From Acidimicrobiia bacterium (GTDB lineage: Bacteria > Actinomycetota > Acidimicrobiia > Spongiisociales > Spongiisociaceae), in assembly GCA_041576165.1 (NCBI GenBank), contig JBFGLM010000011.1:37657-101656 (forward strand): DNA of 64,000 bases, read 5' to 3'. The notes under the pieces were generated by a model. It was not told where the DNA came from. It was given only the letters and a program-made list of their open reading frames with translations, and searched no databases. A program made the position numbers and the translations under genes. Of this stretch, positions 1 through 10,028 are shown one piece after another. Position 1 is the first letter of the stretch, and every line of letters starts with the position of its first letter.

Positions 1-116
1 TTCGAAACGCGGACCGACCATGGTTTTCCCGGTTCCCGGTCACACACGCCGCCAGTTCTCGAGCCGTCCACCGCACAGCCGGTGAACCAGGAGACGGTGA
101 GCACCGTCATACGTAC

Positions 117-1298
117 ATGAGGCAGGTGTGGATCTGGCTTGCTCTCCTGGCGGCCGCCTGGACGATCGGGCGCCCGACGAGCGCGCCTCCAGCGCTAGTC
201 CCGCCACCGGATTCGGCCGTAGCTTCGCACCGACCGACGTCTGAGCGCACCGACGCGTATCGTGTTGCGGCGGGCACCGGATGGCCCAGAACCGCAATGC
301 TGCCTGGCTACGCGCTGGAAGCGGCCGACGGGCCGAGCCGGCCGGGAGCCCAGGTGACGCTGGCCGCAACCAACGGTCAGGCAGCCATCTCGATTCTCGA
401 TCTTCGAACGGGCTGGAGAGTGGACTATCAAGGCGCAACCACCGCCGGAGGCGACGCACTCGATCTGACAATCACGGCCCGGGGCGACCTCGTCGTATGG
501 AATACCGGCCCGCCCAAGCTCTATGCAAATGACGTGGCGCGGCTCGACTCTCCGCAGGCCCTCGATCTGGGCCGGGCGCCGTTGCTTCTCGGAACTCTCG
601 AAGGTCCGGTCTTTCCCGCCGATGACGGGGCCCATGCCTGGACTTGGGACGCTCCGCACACGGTGGAATACGTAGATCTGTTCACCGGCGAGTCGATCGC
701 AACCTTCGAGCTCCCTGGCCGGTTCCAGCCCCAGTTCACCGCCGGCGACGACCTCCTCATCACCGATGGCATCAGCCTTGGCCTGCTGAAGACAACCGGC
801 ACCGTCCGGCCTCTGCAAGCGGGCTATCCGATCGAGGCCACCGCCAAGCTGCTGGCGTGGCAGCAATGCGACAGCACCTGCGAACTCGTTCTGACGCCGC
901 TGACCGACTCAGGCGCGGAGGTCCGAGTGCCGCGCCCGGCCGGCGCCGAACGCTGGACACGAGCCGGCGCGGTCGCCATTCCCAGCTCGAGCCCCGATCT
1001 TCCCACCGTGACCCGGGACGGCAACCACCTACTGGTTGACGCGGTCAGCGGCCAGGAACCCGACACCGTCCACCGACTGGCCATCGTCGATCTCGAAACG
1101 GCATCCCTCACTGTGGTGAATGAATACCGTGGACCCGGCTGGGCGTCGGCATTCTGGGACGCATCCGGCAAGCACATCATCGTCGCCACGAACACGGCGG
1201 CCGGGCAGGACATCACGATCTTTGATGCCAGTACCTTGGCTGTTCGGTCGCTCCCGGACGCGTTGCCGGACCAGTTCTGGGTCAGCGGCGCGGGATGA
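117..1298 (+). CDS. Secreted hypothetical protein, probably beta-propeller-like
   Basis: 393-aa ORF with N-terminal signal peptide (MRQVWIWLALLAAAW) and repeated short beta-strand-like segments. Confidence 0.7.
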   Translation: MRQVWIWLALLAAAWTIGRPTSAPPALVPPPDSAVASHRPTSERTDAYRVAAGTGWPRTAMLPGYALEAADGPSRPGAQVTLAATNGQAAISILDLRTGWRVDYQGATTAGGDALDLTITARGDLVVWNTGPPKLYANDVARLDSPQALDLGRAPLLLGTLEGPVFPADDGAHAWTWDAPHTVEYVDLFTGESIATFELPGRFQPQFTAGDDLLITDGISLGLLKTTGTVRPLQAGYPIEATAKLLAWQQCDSTCELVLTPLTDSGAEVRVPRPAGAERWTRAGAVAIPSSSPDLPTVTRDGNHLLVDAVSGQEPDTVHRLAIVDLETASLTVVNEYRGPGWASAFWDASGKHIIVATNTAAGQDITIFDASTLAVRSLPDALPDQFWVSGAG

Positions 1299-1368
1299 CC
1301 TCATGCGTGACCACCCCAGACCGGCAACAGGCGGGAACCGTCAGCCGCACCGGCAACGTCTGAACTGC

Positions 1369-2283
1369 ATGCGACGTGTCGCCTGGTGGGTCGTTCTGGT
1401 TCTGCTAGGAGGTGCGTGTGGGGTTGGGAACGGTGCCGCCGTCGGCCCGACAGCGGCGCCAAACGCGGGCCCAGCTTCTCCCACTGCACCTCCGTCCGCC
1501 GCCGGTCCCACCGGTGAGCCGCCGGCGGTCGTTGTGCGAGCCGGCGGGACCGAACTGACGCTGGACCCGTGGACGGCTTGTTGGGGCGCGGTGTGTTATG
1601 ACGGGCAACCGCCTGAGGTTCTGCCCGACATCGGCCGAGCCCCTGAGGTGTTGGTCGAGTTTCCGGTGCCCGACTGGGAATTCACCGCGACGGTACAACC
1701 GGCGGAACAGGACTGTGGACGCCGCCAGACCCATTCGCTGGCGCCGCTCGGGAACAACATCCACCGGCTGGTTCCGCTGGGACCAGCGGATGACTACGAC
1801 GTCTTGCTGTTCGGAAGCGGCGCGGGGGGTGACGTCTTGGTTTCGTTCCGCTGGACAACTCCAACCGACGGCGTGATGCCAGTCCCGACCGCCGTCGCCA
1901 GCATCCTGGCAGACCACGACGGGGCGCTGGATAGCTACGGTGTCGAGCTGCCGATCTCGAACCTCGCCACCACGCCCGACGACGTGACCGGCGAGGTCAC
2001 TGTGACCGCATCTGACGGGGCAGCCCACACCTTCCCGCTGAACCGCCAGGACTTCGACTGCTCGGAAGGCTCGATCTACCTGACCGCCCCCACCGAAGAG
2101 GGCCTGGCCGCCGCCGAGTTGGGCTCCGCGCCATTCACCTACGAGGTCCGTCTCGAGCTCGATGGCACCACCTATGTCGGAACGGGCGTCTGGCCCGACG
2201 GGGTCGATCCCGAATGCGCTCCTTGCGTGCCGCTCTCGTTCACTCCCCCGCTGCCGGCCCTGGCGGCGCCCGCCGTCCCGTGA
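1369..2283 (+). CDS. Hypothetical lipoprotein
   Basis: Start reassigned to ATG 1369 (MRRVAWWVVLVLLGGACG, lipobox-like), Pro/Ala linker, paired Cys. Confidence 0.65.
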   Translation: MRRVAWWVVLVLLGGACGVGNGAAVGPTAAPNAGPASPTAPPSAAGPTGEPPAVVVRAGGTELTLDPWTACWGAVCYDGQPPEVLPDIGRAPEVLVEFPVPDWEFTATVQPAEQDCGRRQTHSLAPLGNNIHRLVPLGPADDYDVLLFGSGAGGDVLVSFRWTTPTDGVMPVPTAVASILADHDGALDSYGVELPISNLATTPDDVTGEVTVTASDGAAHTFPLNRQDFDCSEGSIYLTAPTEEGLAAAELGSAPFTYEVRLELDGTTYVGTGVWPDGVDPECAPCVPLSFTPPLPALAAPAVP

Positions 2284-2440
2284 TCGAGGCCGGACGCTTC
2301 GACGGTGTTTGCACCAGGAGGGAGCCGACCTCGATGACCTGCCCCAGGTCACAAGTGAGCGCCGCCCTGCCGACGAGGCCTGGTTCGCCTCGTCCAGGCC
2401 GGAGCAGAACTGACCGCCCCGATTGAGATCGGCCGGGCGC

Positions 2441-2905
2441 CTACCCGGGGCCGAGATCAATCGTCATGCACGTGCTGTGCGGATTCGAGGTGTAGTCGCC
2501 GAACGGCTCGCAGGTCCGGAACCCGACGTCGCGGTAGAGCATCCGGGCAGGAGCAAACGCGCCCATGGTCCCGGTTTCCAGGCTGACTCGGAGGTAGCCG
2601 CGCCGCAACGCCACCGTCAGCAGGTGCTCGATCATGGCTCGTCCGATGCCGCGACGCCGGGCCCATGCGACGGTGTGCATCGACTTGACCTCGCCGTGGT
2701 TCGGATCGAGCTCCCGGAGTGCGCCCACTCCCAATAGCACACCGGCTTCACGAGCGCTGAAGAACGTGACCGACGGCTCCAGCAGAGCGTCGAGGCCAAG
2801 GGCGTGCACATGACCCGGCGGCGTCACCTTCCGCGAGAACGACAGGTGCTCGGCCAGCAGCGCCTGCACGTCAGCAGCCTCCGGATGATCAACAGTTATC
2901 TCCAC
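2441..2905 (-). CDS. GNAT family N-acetyltransferase
   Basis: GEVKSMHT..ARRRGIGRAM acetyl-CoA motif and SLETG motif. Confidence 0.9.
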   Translation of the reverse strand: MEITVDHPEAADVQALLAEHLSFSRKVTPPGHVHALGLDALLEPSVTFFSAREAGVLLGVGALRELDPNHGEVKSMHTVAWARRRGIGRAMIEHLLTVALRRGYLRVSLETGTMGAFAPARMLYRDVGFRTCEPFGDYTSNPHSTCMTIDLGPG

Positions 2906-3259
2906 GGCGACCTCGTCTCAGCCGTTGCGTGAAACCGAACGTAGTCCCGATCGAGGCGCAGGCGGGAAGTGACCGCCATCCAATCTCGGACCTGCCGATC
3001 TACTGGACCTCATTCTGGCCACGTCTTCACCTCAGCGGATGACGCTGCGGTGCACGCCTCCAACGGTTACCGGTCGGATCCACCCGACTGCGGGTTTACC
3101 GAGGACCCGGGAGGCGTGCAGACGGTATCCTGTTCCATGGCGGTGGAGGCCGCCTCCGGGCCCGCGGGCAGGACTGAGTCCACCTCTACGTACTTGGCAC
3201 CGCATCGGTTGTACGTCCCTTCCGATCCGGCGGTCGCGGGCCACGCCAGAACGGGAGAG

Positions 3260-4261
3260 ATGATGACCGACCTTCCCGAGCGGGCCGACCTCGGCCAGCT
3301 TCGCCGTCTCGCCAAGGAACTCCATCGAGCGGCGGCCAACGGAGATCCGCAAGCCCGGGCCAGGATCTCAGCAGTTTCGGCAGAAGTCCGCCTGTCATCC
3401 GCTCAGCTGGCGCTCGCCCGCGAATACGGGTTTGCCAGCTGGCGGCGCCTGCGCGACGAGGTTGAGCGACGACGGCTCATCGACAGCGGCGACGTCGACG
3501 GTCTGCGGCGGCTGGTGGCGTCGGATCCTGACCTCGCACGAGACCGGGTGCAATCCTGCCTGTCGGCGCCGGGAGCGTCGGTTTGGAACTATGTCGGAGT
3601 TGCCCGGTTCCATCGGATGGCCGACCACGATCGGATGGGCCACGTTGCCCGAGTGTTGTTGGGGGCCGGAGCTCCGGTAGACGGCTTGGAAGGCGACGGT
3701 GAAACGCCGCTGATCACCGCAGCCAGCTATGGCGAGGTGGGCATGGCCCGCGCGCTGGTAGATGCGGGAGCGGATCTCGAGGCGATCGGAAAGGCAGTAC
3801 CAGGCGGAACAGCTCTTGCCCATGCTGTGGCCTTCGGTTGGCCGGAGGTGGCCGATCTTCTGGTTGAGGCCGGTGCGGTCATCCATGACTTGGTGGAGGC
3901 GGCGGGCACGGGCCGGCTCGACGGGTTCTCGTCGGAAAACGCCTCGCCCGCGGAACAAGCCCGCGCGCTACGAGCTGCCGCCGTCAATGGGCGCATAGGC
4001 GCCATCGACGCGTTGCTCGCCTCCGGCCTCTACGTCAACGCACATGCCGAAGGCGCAACCGCGCTGCACTGGGCTGCGTGGGAGGGCAACGCTGCCGGCG
4101 TCCGTCATCTCCTCTCCAAGGGAGCCGACCCGACGCTGCTGGATGACGAATACGAGATGACGGCGCTGGGATGGTGCCGGCACCGCCTGAACGAGCCATT
4201 CGGGTGGCGAGACAGCCATAGGACCGTGGAGACGCTGCTGGTCGACGCCGGCTCCGAATGA
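3260..4261 (+). CDS. Ankyrin repeat protein with N-terminal LPERADL..LAREYGFASW helical domain
   Basis: Ankyrin motifs GETPLITAA, GGTALAHAV, GATALHWAA; SD GGGAGAG before ATG 3260 (in-frame alternative ATG at 3137). Confidence 0.85.
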   Translation: MMTDLPERADLGQLRRLAKELHRAAANGDPQARARISAVSAEVRLSSAQLALAREYGFASWRRLRDEVERRRLIDSGDVDGLRRLVASDPDLARDRVQSCLSAPGASVWNYVGVARFHRMADHDRMGHVARVLLGAGAPVDGLEGDGETPLITAASYGEVGMARALVDAGADLEAIGKAVPGGTALAHAVAFGWPEVADLLVEAGAVIHDLVEAAGTGRLDGFSSENASPAEQARALRAAAVNGRIGAIDALLASGLYVNAHAEGATALHWAAWEGNAAGVRHLLSKGADPTLLDDEYEMTALGWCRHRLNEPFGWRDSHRTVETLLVDAGSE

Positions 4262-4280
4262 GGCCCGGCCCGTGATCCGC

Positions 4281-4931
4281 CTACGTGAGGCGTGTCGAGC
4301 CCACCAGCACCCTGTACAGGAGCCCCAAAGCCGTTGCGCCGATGGAGCCTGCGACCACGATCAGGGAATAGACAACCCCGGACCGGATTCGGCGACGCTC
4401 CAGCACCGCGGGCATCAGCGCTGCGGCCAGCGTCAACGCCGCCAGTACCCAGACATCACTGATGCGATGCGGCTCTCGATCGAGGTCCCATAGCCACGCT
4501 CGACGCTCGAAGAAGACGAAGATCGCTTCCGCCAGGAGCATCACGGAGGGCGCGGCTACTGCCGCCTGGAGACCCCATCCGTCTCCGGTGCGTACCACTG
4601 CGCCGCACAGGCCCATGACCGGGCCGGCGACCAGCGCTACCGTGATCCACACGAGATTGCCCGCGCCGACGCTGTACCCGGCCGCAACACCCAGCAGGTA
4701 GTAGCTCGCCACACCGGAGATCAACGTCAATGCGCCTGCGGCGGCGCCACGTTTCGGCGACCCTGCTACGCGGCCAACGAAGAAGGCCGCCACCGCCCAC
4801 GGCGATGCCAAGTTGGCCAGGAGTCCCAACGCACGGGAACCAATCCGACCGTCGCCCAGGAATGAGAACAGGCCAAGAAGTCCTCCCACCACCAGCGCGA
4901 GGAGCCACCAGGGTCGCAGTCTGCTGAGCAC
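4281..4931 (-). CDS. Integral membrane protein (DUF6518-like)
   Basis: About 6-7 hydrophobic segments; ANLASPWAVAAF motif. Confidence 0.7.
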   Translation of the reverse strand: MLSRLRPWWLLALVVGGLLGLFSFLGDGRIGSRALGLLANLASPWAVAAFFVGRVAGSPKRGAAAGALTLISGVASYYLLGVAAGYSVGAGNLVWITVALVAGPVMGLCGAVVRTGDGWGLQAAVAAPSVMLLAEAIFVFFERRAWLWDLDREPHRISDVWVLAALTLAAALMPAVLERRRIRSGVVYSLIVVAGSIGATALGLLYRVLVGSTRLT

Positions 4932-4968
4932 GAGGAAGTATCACACACGGCGGAGCGTTCCCCGCCGC

Positions 4969-5218
4969 TCAGCGGTCCACCAGCCGGCGCCCGGTGACCC
5001 AAAGTGCCACGCCGGCCGGTACGAGCACCACACCCGGAGCCCATGCTCCGAATAGGAACGCCAACACACCTAAGCCACCAACCGGGGCGGCCAGCAAGGA
5101 CAGCAGTGTGGCGAGCACTGTGGGCGTGAAGGCGCCACCTCGGAACCAGTCTGGAGGCGTCAAGTCGGACTCGCCGTACGTTGTGGGCCGCGGATGGGCC
5201 GGGGCGACGTGGCGGCAA
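4969..5218 (-). CDS. Small membrane protein or gene remnant (start uncertain)
   Basis: C-terminal part of ORF 4969..5505 encodes two hydrophobic helices; no convincing start found. Confidence 0.3.
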
Positions 5219-5353
5219 GACGGCTCTTGGATTGGTGATTCACGTGGGGAGTATGACCCACCCGGGTCAAAATGTGAGGTGACGCCATCGTGGTGCCCTA
5301 CGCCGGCGCCCGTGCCCTCCCTGGTGGGAGCGGCGAAGGGATAAGCTGAACTG

Positions 5354-6433
5354 ATGGATCTTCCCGTGATGCCGCCCATAAAGCCAATGCTGGCCAAGCC
5401 GGTTGCGAAGCTGCCCGAGGGCGATATGTCGTATGAGCCCAAGTGGGACGGCTTTCGCTGCATCGTGTTCCGCGACGGCGACGAAGTGGTGATGGGATCC
5501 CGCAACGAGCGACCGCTGAACCGCTACTTCCCCGAGATGCTCGAACCCTTCAAGGAGAGTCTCCCGGATCGATGCGTGGTAGACGGCGAGATCTTTGTGA
5601 GCATTGGCGGACGGTTGGATTTCGATGCGCTCGGCCAGCGCATCCATCCCGCGGATTCCCGGGTGCAGATGCTGGCCCGAGAGACCCCGGCCGATTTCGT
5701 TGCGTTCGATTTGCTGGCGTTGGACAACGAGTCGTTCGTCGAGGAGCCCTTCTCCGAGCGTCGAGCCCGACTGGAAGGGATCGCCGGTGGTTTTCAACCT
5801 CCTGTCCATCTGGCCCCGGCGACGTCGGACACGGAAACCGCGATGGCTTGGTTCGACGCCTTCGAGGGCGCCGGGCTCGACGGCCTCATCATCAAGCCGC
5901 GGGGCGCGCCGTACGCGTTCAACAAGCGGACCCAGTTCAAACTCAAGCACGTGCGCAGCGCCGACTGCGTCGTGGCCGGCTTCCGGATGCACAAGTCGGG
6001 TGATGGGGTCGGATCACTGATCCTGGGCCTGTACAGCCCCGAAGGACAGTTATGGCACGTAGGGGTGGCGGCGAGCTTCACCGCGAAGAAGCGGGCGGAG
6101 CTGACCGCGGAGATGGAGCCTTTGGCGCTCGACGATCTGTCAGATCATCCGTGGGCCAGCTGGATGGACGCGGCAGCCAACGCCGACGGTTCGATGCCGG
6201 GCGCTCCCAACCGGTGGAGCGGGGCGAGCGATCGCAACCACTCCTGGATCCCCGTCAAGCCCGATCGGGTCGTCGAGGTGCAGTACACCTGGGCCACGTC
6301 CGGGCGGTTTCGAGGTACCACCAAGATGCTCCGATGGCGCCCCGACCGAGATCCCGAATCATGCAGCACCGAACAGCTGGCCGAACCCGCCCCGCTCGCC
6401 GGCGATTCATTGATACGTGACATCGTGGGCTGA
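5354..6433 (+). CDS. ligC: ATP-dependent DNA ligase (LigC type)
   Basis: Motif I YEPKWDGFR, VVDGE, AFDLL, GLDGLIIK and KLKHVRSADCVV; MDLPVMPPIKPMLAK N-terminus typical of actinobacterial LigC. Confidence 0.92.
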   Translation: MDLPVMPPIKPMLAKPVAKLPEGDMSYEPKWDGFRCIVFRDGDEVVMGSRNERPLNRYFPEMLEPFKESLPDRCVVDGEIFVSIGGRLDFDALGQRIHPADSRVQMLARETPADFVAFDLLALDNESFVEEPFSERRARLEGIAGGFQPPVHLAPATSDTETAMAWFDAFEGAGLDGLIIKPRGAPYAFNKRTQFKLKHVRSADCVVAGFRMHKSGDGVGSLILGLYSPEGQLWHVGVAASFTAKKRAELTAEMEPLALDDLSDHPWASWMDAAANADGSMPGAPNRWSGASDRNHSWIPVKPDRVVEVQYTWATSGRFRGTTKMLRWRPDRDPESCSTEQLAEPAPLAGDSLIRDIVG

Positions 6434-6844
6434 TCGGCGCCGCGGGGTTTTGGCTCCTCAGTATCGACAGCTTGCGCTCAGCCGTCCCGCCGGTCGTCGG
6501 ACCCATCGCGTGGACCGTGGTGAACATCCGAGGTCACTCTCCGCGAGGCTTTCCGACTGAAACGAGGGCCGTCCAACAGGCCCCCGAGGCATGTCGCGAA
6601 GTCTTCCGCGGACAAGACCAGCCCTCCGGCTGCCCCCGCACTTGGGCGCGATGGCATCCGCTCGCTGACCTACCGTTAGCTCGCCGGATGCTGCGCCTGG
6701 TCAGAACCCCTCGGACCCATGCCGAGAGCGGGAGCGCAGGATGCCGGGACACACAAGACGGAATCATGCCGAGGCGGTGGCCGCTTCGAGGGTCAGTCGT
6801 TTAGCCGACCACGTGACAGACCGATACGATTCAGGAGAATCGGC

Positions 6845-7333
6845 ATGATCATCGACTTCATCACACGCCTCCAGCAACAACACGGTGCCAAGCTCATCAG
6901 GTTTGGCGCGGTGAGTGCGTTCAACGTCGTGTTCGGCCAGAGTTTGCTGTACGGCGCGCAGACCATCCTCCAATGGTCGGGCGTCGCTTCAAACGTCTTT
7001 TCGGTCACGGTCAGCGCCGTTCCCGCCTATCTCCTCTCTCGCTACTGGGTGTGGCAGAAGCGGGGCAAGAACCACTTCATGAAGGAAGTGGTTCCGTTCT
7101 GGAGCCTCGCCTTTCTCGGGCTCGCGTTTTCCACGGTGGCGGTCTGGTTCGTCGAGCGGCAATGGGACCCTCACCCACTGGTGATCAACTTCACCAACCT
7201 TGTTGCATTCGGGGTGGTGTGGGTGACGAAGTTCATCATCCTCGACCGGATCCTGTTCCGGCATGAGGAGCTGACCGATGACCCGCTCGATGCCCTGGTC
7301 ACCGAGATCGTCCGCGGGACTGACGAAGACTGA
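6845..7333 (+). CDS. GtrA family membrane protein
   Basis: SD AGGAGA before ATG 6845; four TM helices; YLLSRYWVW motif. Confidence 0.85.
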   Translation: MIIDFITRLQQQHGAKLIRFGAVSAFNVVFGQSLLYGAQTILQWSGVASNVFSVTVSAVPAYLLSRYWVWQKRGKNHFMKEVVPFWSLAFLGLAFSTVAVWFVERQWDPHPLVINFTNLVAFGVVWVTKFIILDRILFRHEELTDDPLDALVTEIVRGTDED

Positions 7334-7449
7334 CCGGCAGTGCGGATAATGCGGCGCTCGCCTGGCTCGTGACTCTGGGATGGATTGTCAGGTCCCTGAG
7401 ACGGCCTCAGGCGTCGACCCTGAGAGCGGGCGCCCGAACAGAGCTTGTT

Positions 7450-7674
7450 CTAGACGCGCTCCGATACCAGCTGCGGGCGAGCGATGAACCAGTACAGAAC
7501 GGCGCCGACCGCGTAGAGAAGGACGACCACCAGGGCCCATACGATCCTGTCCTGGCCTGCTGCTTGCCACTGCTCGACGGGACGCCTGAGCATGTCGATC
7601 AGTGCGACCAGCCACACCACCAAACCGCCTAGACCGATCACGAACACAATGAAACCGAGGCCCAACAGCCTCAT
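7450..7674 (-). CDS. Small membrane protein, PLDc N-terminal-like domain
   Basis: WLVALIDMLRRP...W...VWALVVVLL..VGAVLYW pattern. Confidence 0.8.
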   Translation of the reverse strand: MRLLGLGFIVFVIGLGGLVVWLVALIDMLRRPVEQWQAAGQDRIVWALVVVLLYAVGAVLYWFIARPQLVSERV

Positions 7675-7831
7675 CTCTGCCGCCTTTCACAATCCGTTGT
7701 GTGCGTGAGACGCATGATGGGGCTGAAAGGTTGCACGATTTCACCGGTGGCGGCGGCCGGCCACGGGCAGCTACTGCGCGGACTCCAGCCGGATCGGAAA
7801 CCGGGCGGCGGGACCATAGTCATCTTCAGCG

Positions 7832-8225
7832 ATGCGCGACGGCGTCCTCGCCGCGGTCACGTTGATGATGGCAGCTTGTGGCGGGAGTCCCGGCGAGCCT
7901 GGAACTGCTGACCAGATCAGTAGAACCGACCAGGCTGTCGGGAACCGGGAGGCGGCCGCGTTGGTGTGGCTGAACCGGACGGGAATCCACCAACCGGACC
8001 TCGAGATGATGGGACATGCGCTGGAGCGCGCGTGGGAGTCTGGGAGGCCGAGGTCGCTGCGGAGCTTGCCTTCGAGTATGTGGAAACCGACGAAGCGGCA
8101 GGGCGCTCGACCAGTCCTGGGTCGGTCGACATGGGCTGCCGCCCAGACGTGGTGGATTCGCGGCGAGGGTGATCGCCCGGATGCTTTTCCCGAAGATGCG
8201 GTTCCACCAGCGGTCACACGTTCAT
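7832..8225 (+). pseudogene. Probable frameshifted lipoprotein gene
   Basis: Lipobox (VLAAVTLMMAAC) in one frame; protein-like segment GVWEAEVAAELAFEYVETD in another; then back to the first frame (PDAFPEDAVPP). Confidence 0.35.
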
Positions 8226-8331
8226 ACCGCAGTGCCGCACCGAGATATCGGCGGGCCGCTGCCTATCCAGTCATCATGCTCGCCGGCGGGTGCCGGTTGT
8301 CGGGCGGGGCACGACCACGCCGTTGGTCGCG

Positions 8332-9513
8332 CTAATCGAGCAGCACTCGCAAGCTGACCGGGGATCGGTATTCGTGCCCCTTGAGCACCGTCGTGTGGGC
8401 CGGATCGAGGCGGAGGTGCGGGAAGCGCTGCACGAGGTTGGTCATGGCGACTCGCAGTTGTACCCGCGCGAAGTGGTGCCCGATGCAGTAGTGGGGCCCG
8501 GTCGCGAACGACATATGGATGCGTTTGGCTCGGTAGATATCGAACGCGTCGGCCGACGGGCCCCACATCTCGCGATCGCGGTTCGCTGAGGCGACGACGA
8601 GGATGACCCGGGCGTCGTCTGGCAGCCGGACGCCGGACAGCGACGTCCCCGGTGCTACCCCGCGGAGCAGATTGCCAATTGGTGCGGTCCAACGCAGACC
8701 CTCCTCAACCGCCGAGGGCACCAGCGCCGGGTCGGCCCGCACCGCCTCGAGTTGATCGGGGTGGCTGAGCAGGCAGTGAGCGATGGTGGCGCCCCCGTGC
8801 GCCGGCTCCTGAAGCCCGCCCAGGAGAACCAGTTTCAACGAAGGCATCGCCCAAGCCAGCCGCTCCGCGAGGGATCCAGGTCGGGCGTGGACCAAGCTGG
8901 ACAGCATTCCGTGATCAGGCTCTTCCAGCAACCGCTCGAAACGCGGCTGGAGCGTCTCGTCGATGTCGGCGGAAACATCGTCGCAGAAGGCGGACTTGCG
9001 CGGGTCATCCTCGTAATTCGATACACCGGCGGCCAGCCCGGCGAACCAGCGACGTAGCGTCTCGACGCCGACGAGATCCTGTACACCCATGGCGTGGGCG
9101 AGTGACATGAGCGATACCGGCTCGAAGTAGTCGGCAACGAGTTCAGCCGACCTTCCCTGCGCGATGACATGGAGCTGTTCGTCACACAGCTTCTCGAACA
9201 CGGCCGGCATGGTCGCCTCGACCGCCCGAGGGCGGAAGGTTGCATCAAACGGACGGCGCCGCGCTTTGGCCGGCTCGCCGTCGGTGGTCATCATGGAGAC
9301 TCCCCCTAATGCCCGATCCGTCGGCGACCGCTCCACATGTGCAGGGAACCGGTCCGGATCGTTCGCAGCCTCGTAGACCGCCGCCCAGCTGGTCACCATC
9401 CACACGTCCAGACACGGCATATAGGCAACCGGCGCCGTGGCCCGGAGCTGCGCATAGATTGGATACGGATCCCACTCGAGGTCGGCCACAGTGATCGCGG
9501 CGAGATCAGTCAA
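8332..9513 (-). CDS. Cytochrome P450, resembling the CYP255/GcoA aromatic O-demethylase group
   Basis: Heme motif FATGPHYCIG, EEGLRW (ExxR), I-helix LGGLQEPAHG; probable TTG start at 9513 overlapping the Rieske stop. Confidence 0.9.
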   Translation of the reverse strand: MTDLAAITVADLEWDPYPIYAQLRATAPVAYMPCLDVWMVTSWAAVYEAANDPDRFPAHVERSPTDRALGGVSMMTTDGEPAKARRRPFDATFRPRAVEATMPAVFEKLCDEQLHVIAQGRSAELVADYFEPVSLMSLAHAMGVQDLVGVETLRRWFAGLAAGVSNYEDDPRKSAFCDDVSADIDETLQPRFERLLEEPDHGMLSSLVHARPGSLAERLAWAMPSLKLVLLGGLQEPAHGGATIAHCLLSHPDQLEAVRADPALVPSAVEEGLRWTAPIGNLLRGVAPGTSLSGVRLPDDARVILVVASANRDREMWGPSADAFDIYRAKRIHMSFATGPHYCIGHHFARVQLRVAMTNLVQRFPHLRLDPAHTTVLKGHEYRSPVSLRVLLD

Positions 9514-9808
9514 CGTCAACCTCGAGCTGGCCGTCAGCTGAGCGCACGGGGAAGGTTCGGATCGGTTCGGTTGCCGGCGCCCGCAAGGGTCGTCCGGTTC
9601 TGACATCGAACTCCGAGCCGTGGCAGTCACATATCGCGATGAGACCGTCGATCTCGCCGTCATCACTGAAAGCACACCCCGCGTGACTGCAACGGTTCTC
9701 GAACGCCCACCAGCGGCCGTCCCCGAACACCACCAGCAGATCAAAACCCGCGGCCTCTGCTCGCACCACTTGGGAGCAGTTCACGCTTGGCATCCGGACC
9801 CAGGTCAC
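9506..9808 (-). CDS. Rieske [2Fe-2S] ferredoxin
   Basis: CSH...CDCHGSEFD motifs, 100 aa. Confidence 0.92.
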   Translation of the reverse strand: MTWVRMPSVNCSQVVRAEAAGFDLLVVFGDGRWWAFENRCSHAGCAFSDDGEIDGLIAICDCHGSEFDVRTGRPLRAPATEPIRTFPVRSADGQLEVDVD

Positions 9809-10028
9809 TCCGGTCCTCGTTCTCTCGGAGGGGCGCTACTCCGACCTTCTCGACCGGCGGGCTGGCGCGCTCGGGTGACCATAACTTCCGCAACGTCCCG
9901 CTGGAGCGCAAGTGCGCGGACCACCGGAAAGGTCCTGGGTCTCGGTATGTGACACAAATATTCCGATTGGCGTCGTACAAGCTAGGAGCTGCGCGCCTTA
10001 CATACTTGGAGGCGAAACGAGTGGAACG

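Noticed and set aside
9514-9744. Long N-terminal extension of the P450 in the ORF track (possible Rieske-P450 fusion)
   Set aside because: The Rieske gene is in a different frame with its own stop; a TTG start at 9513 gives a normal-length P450
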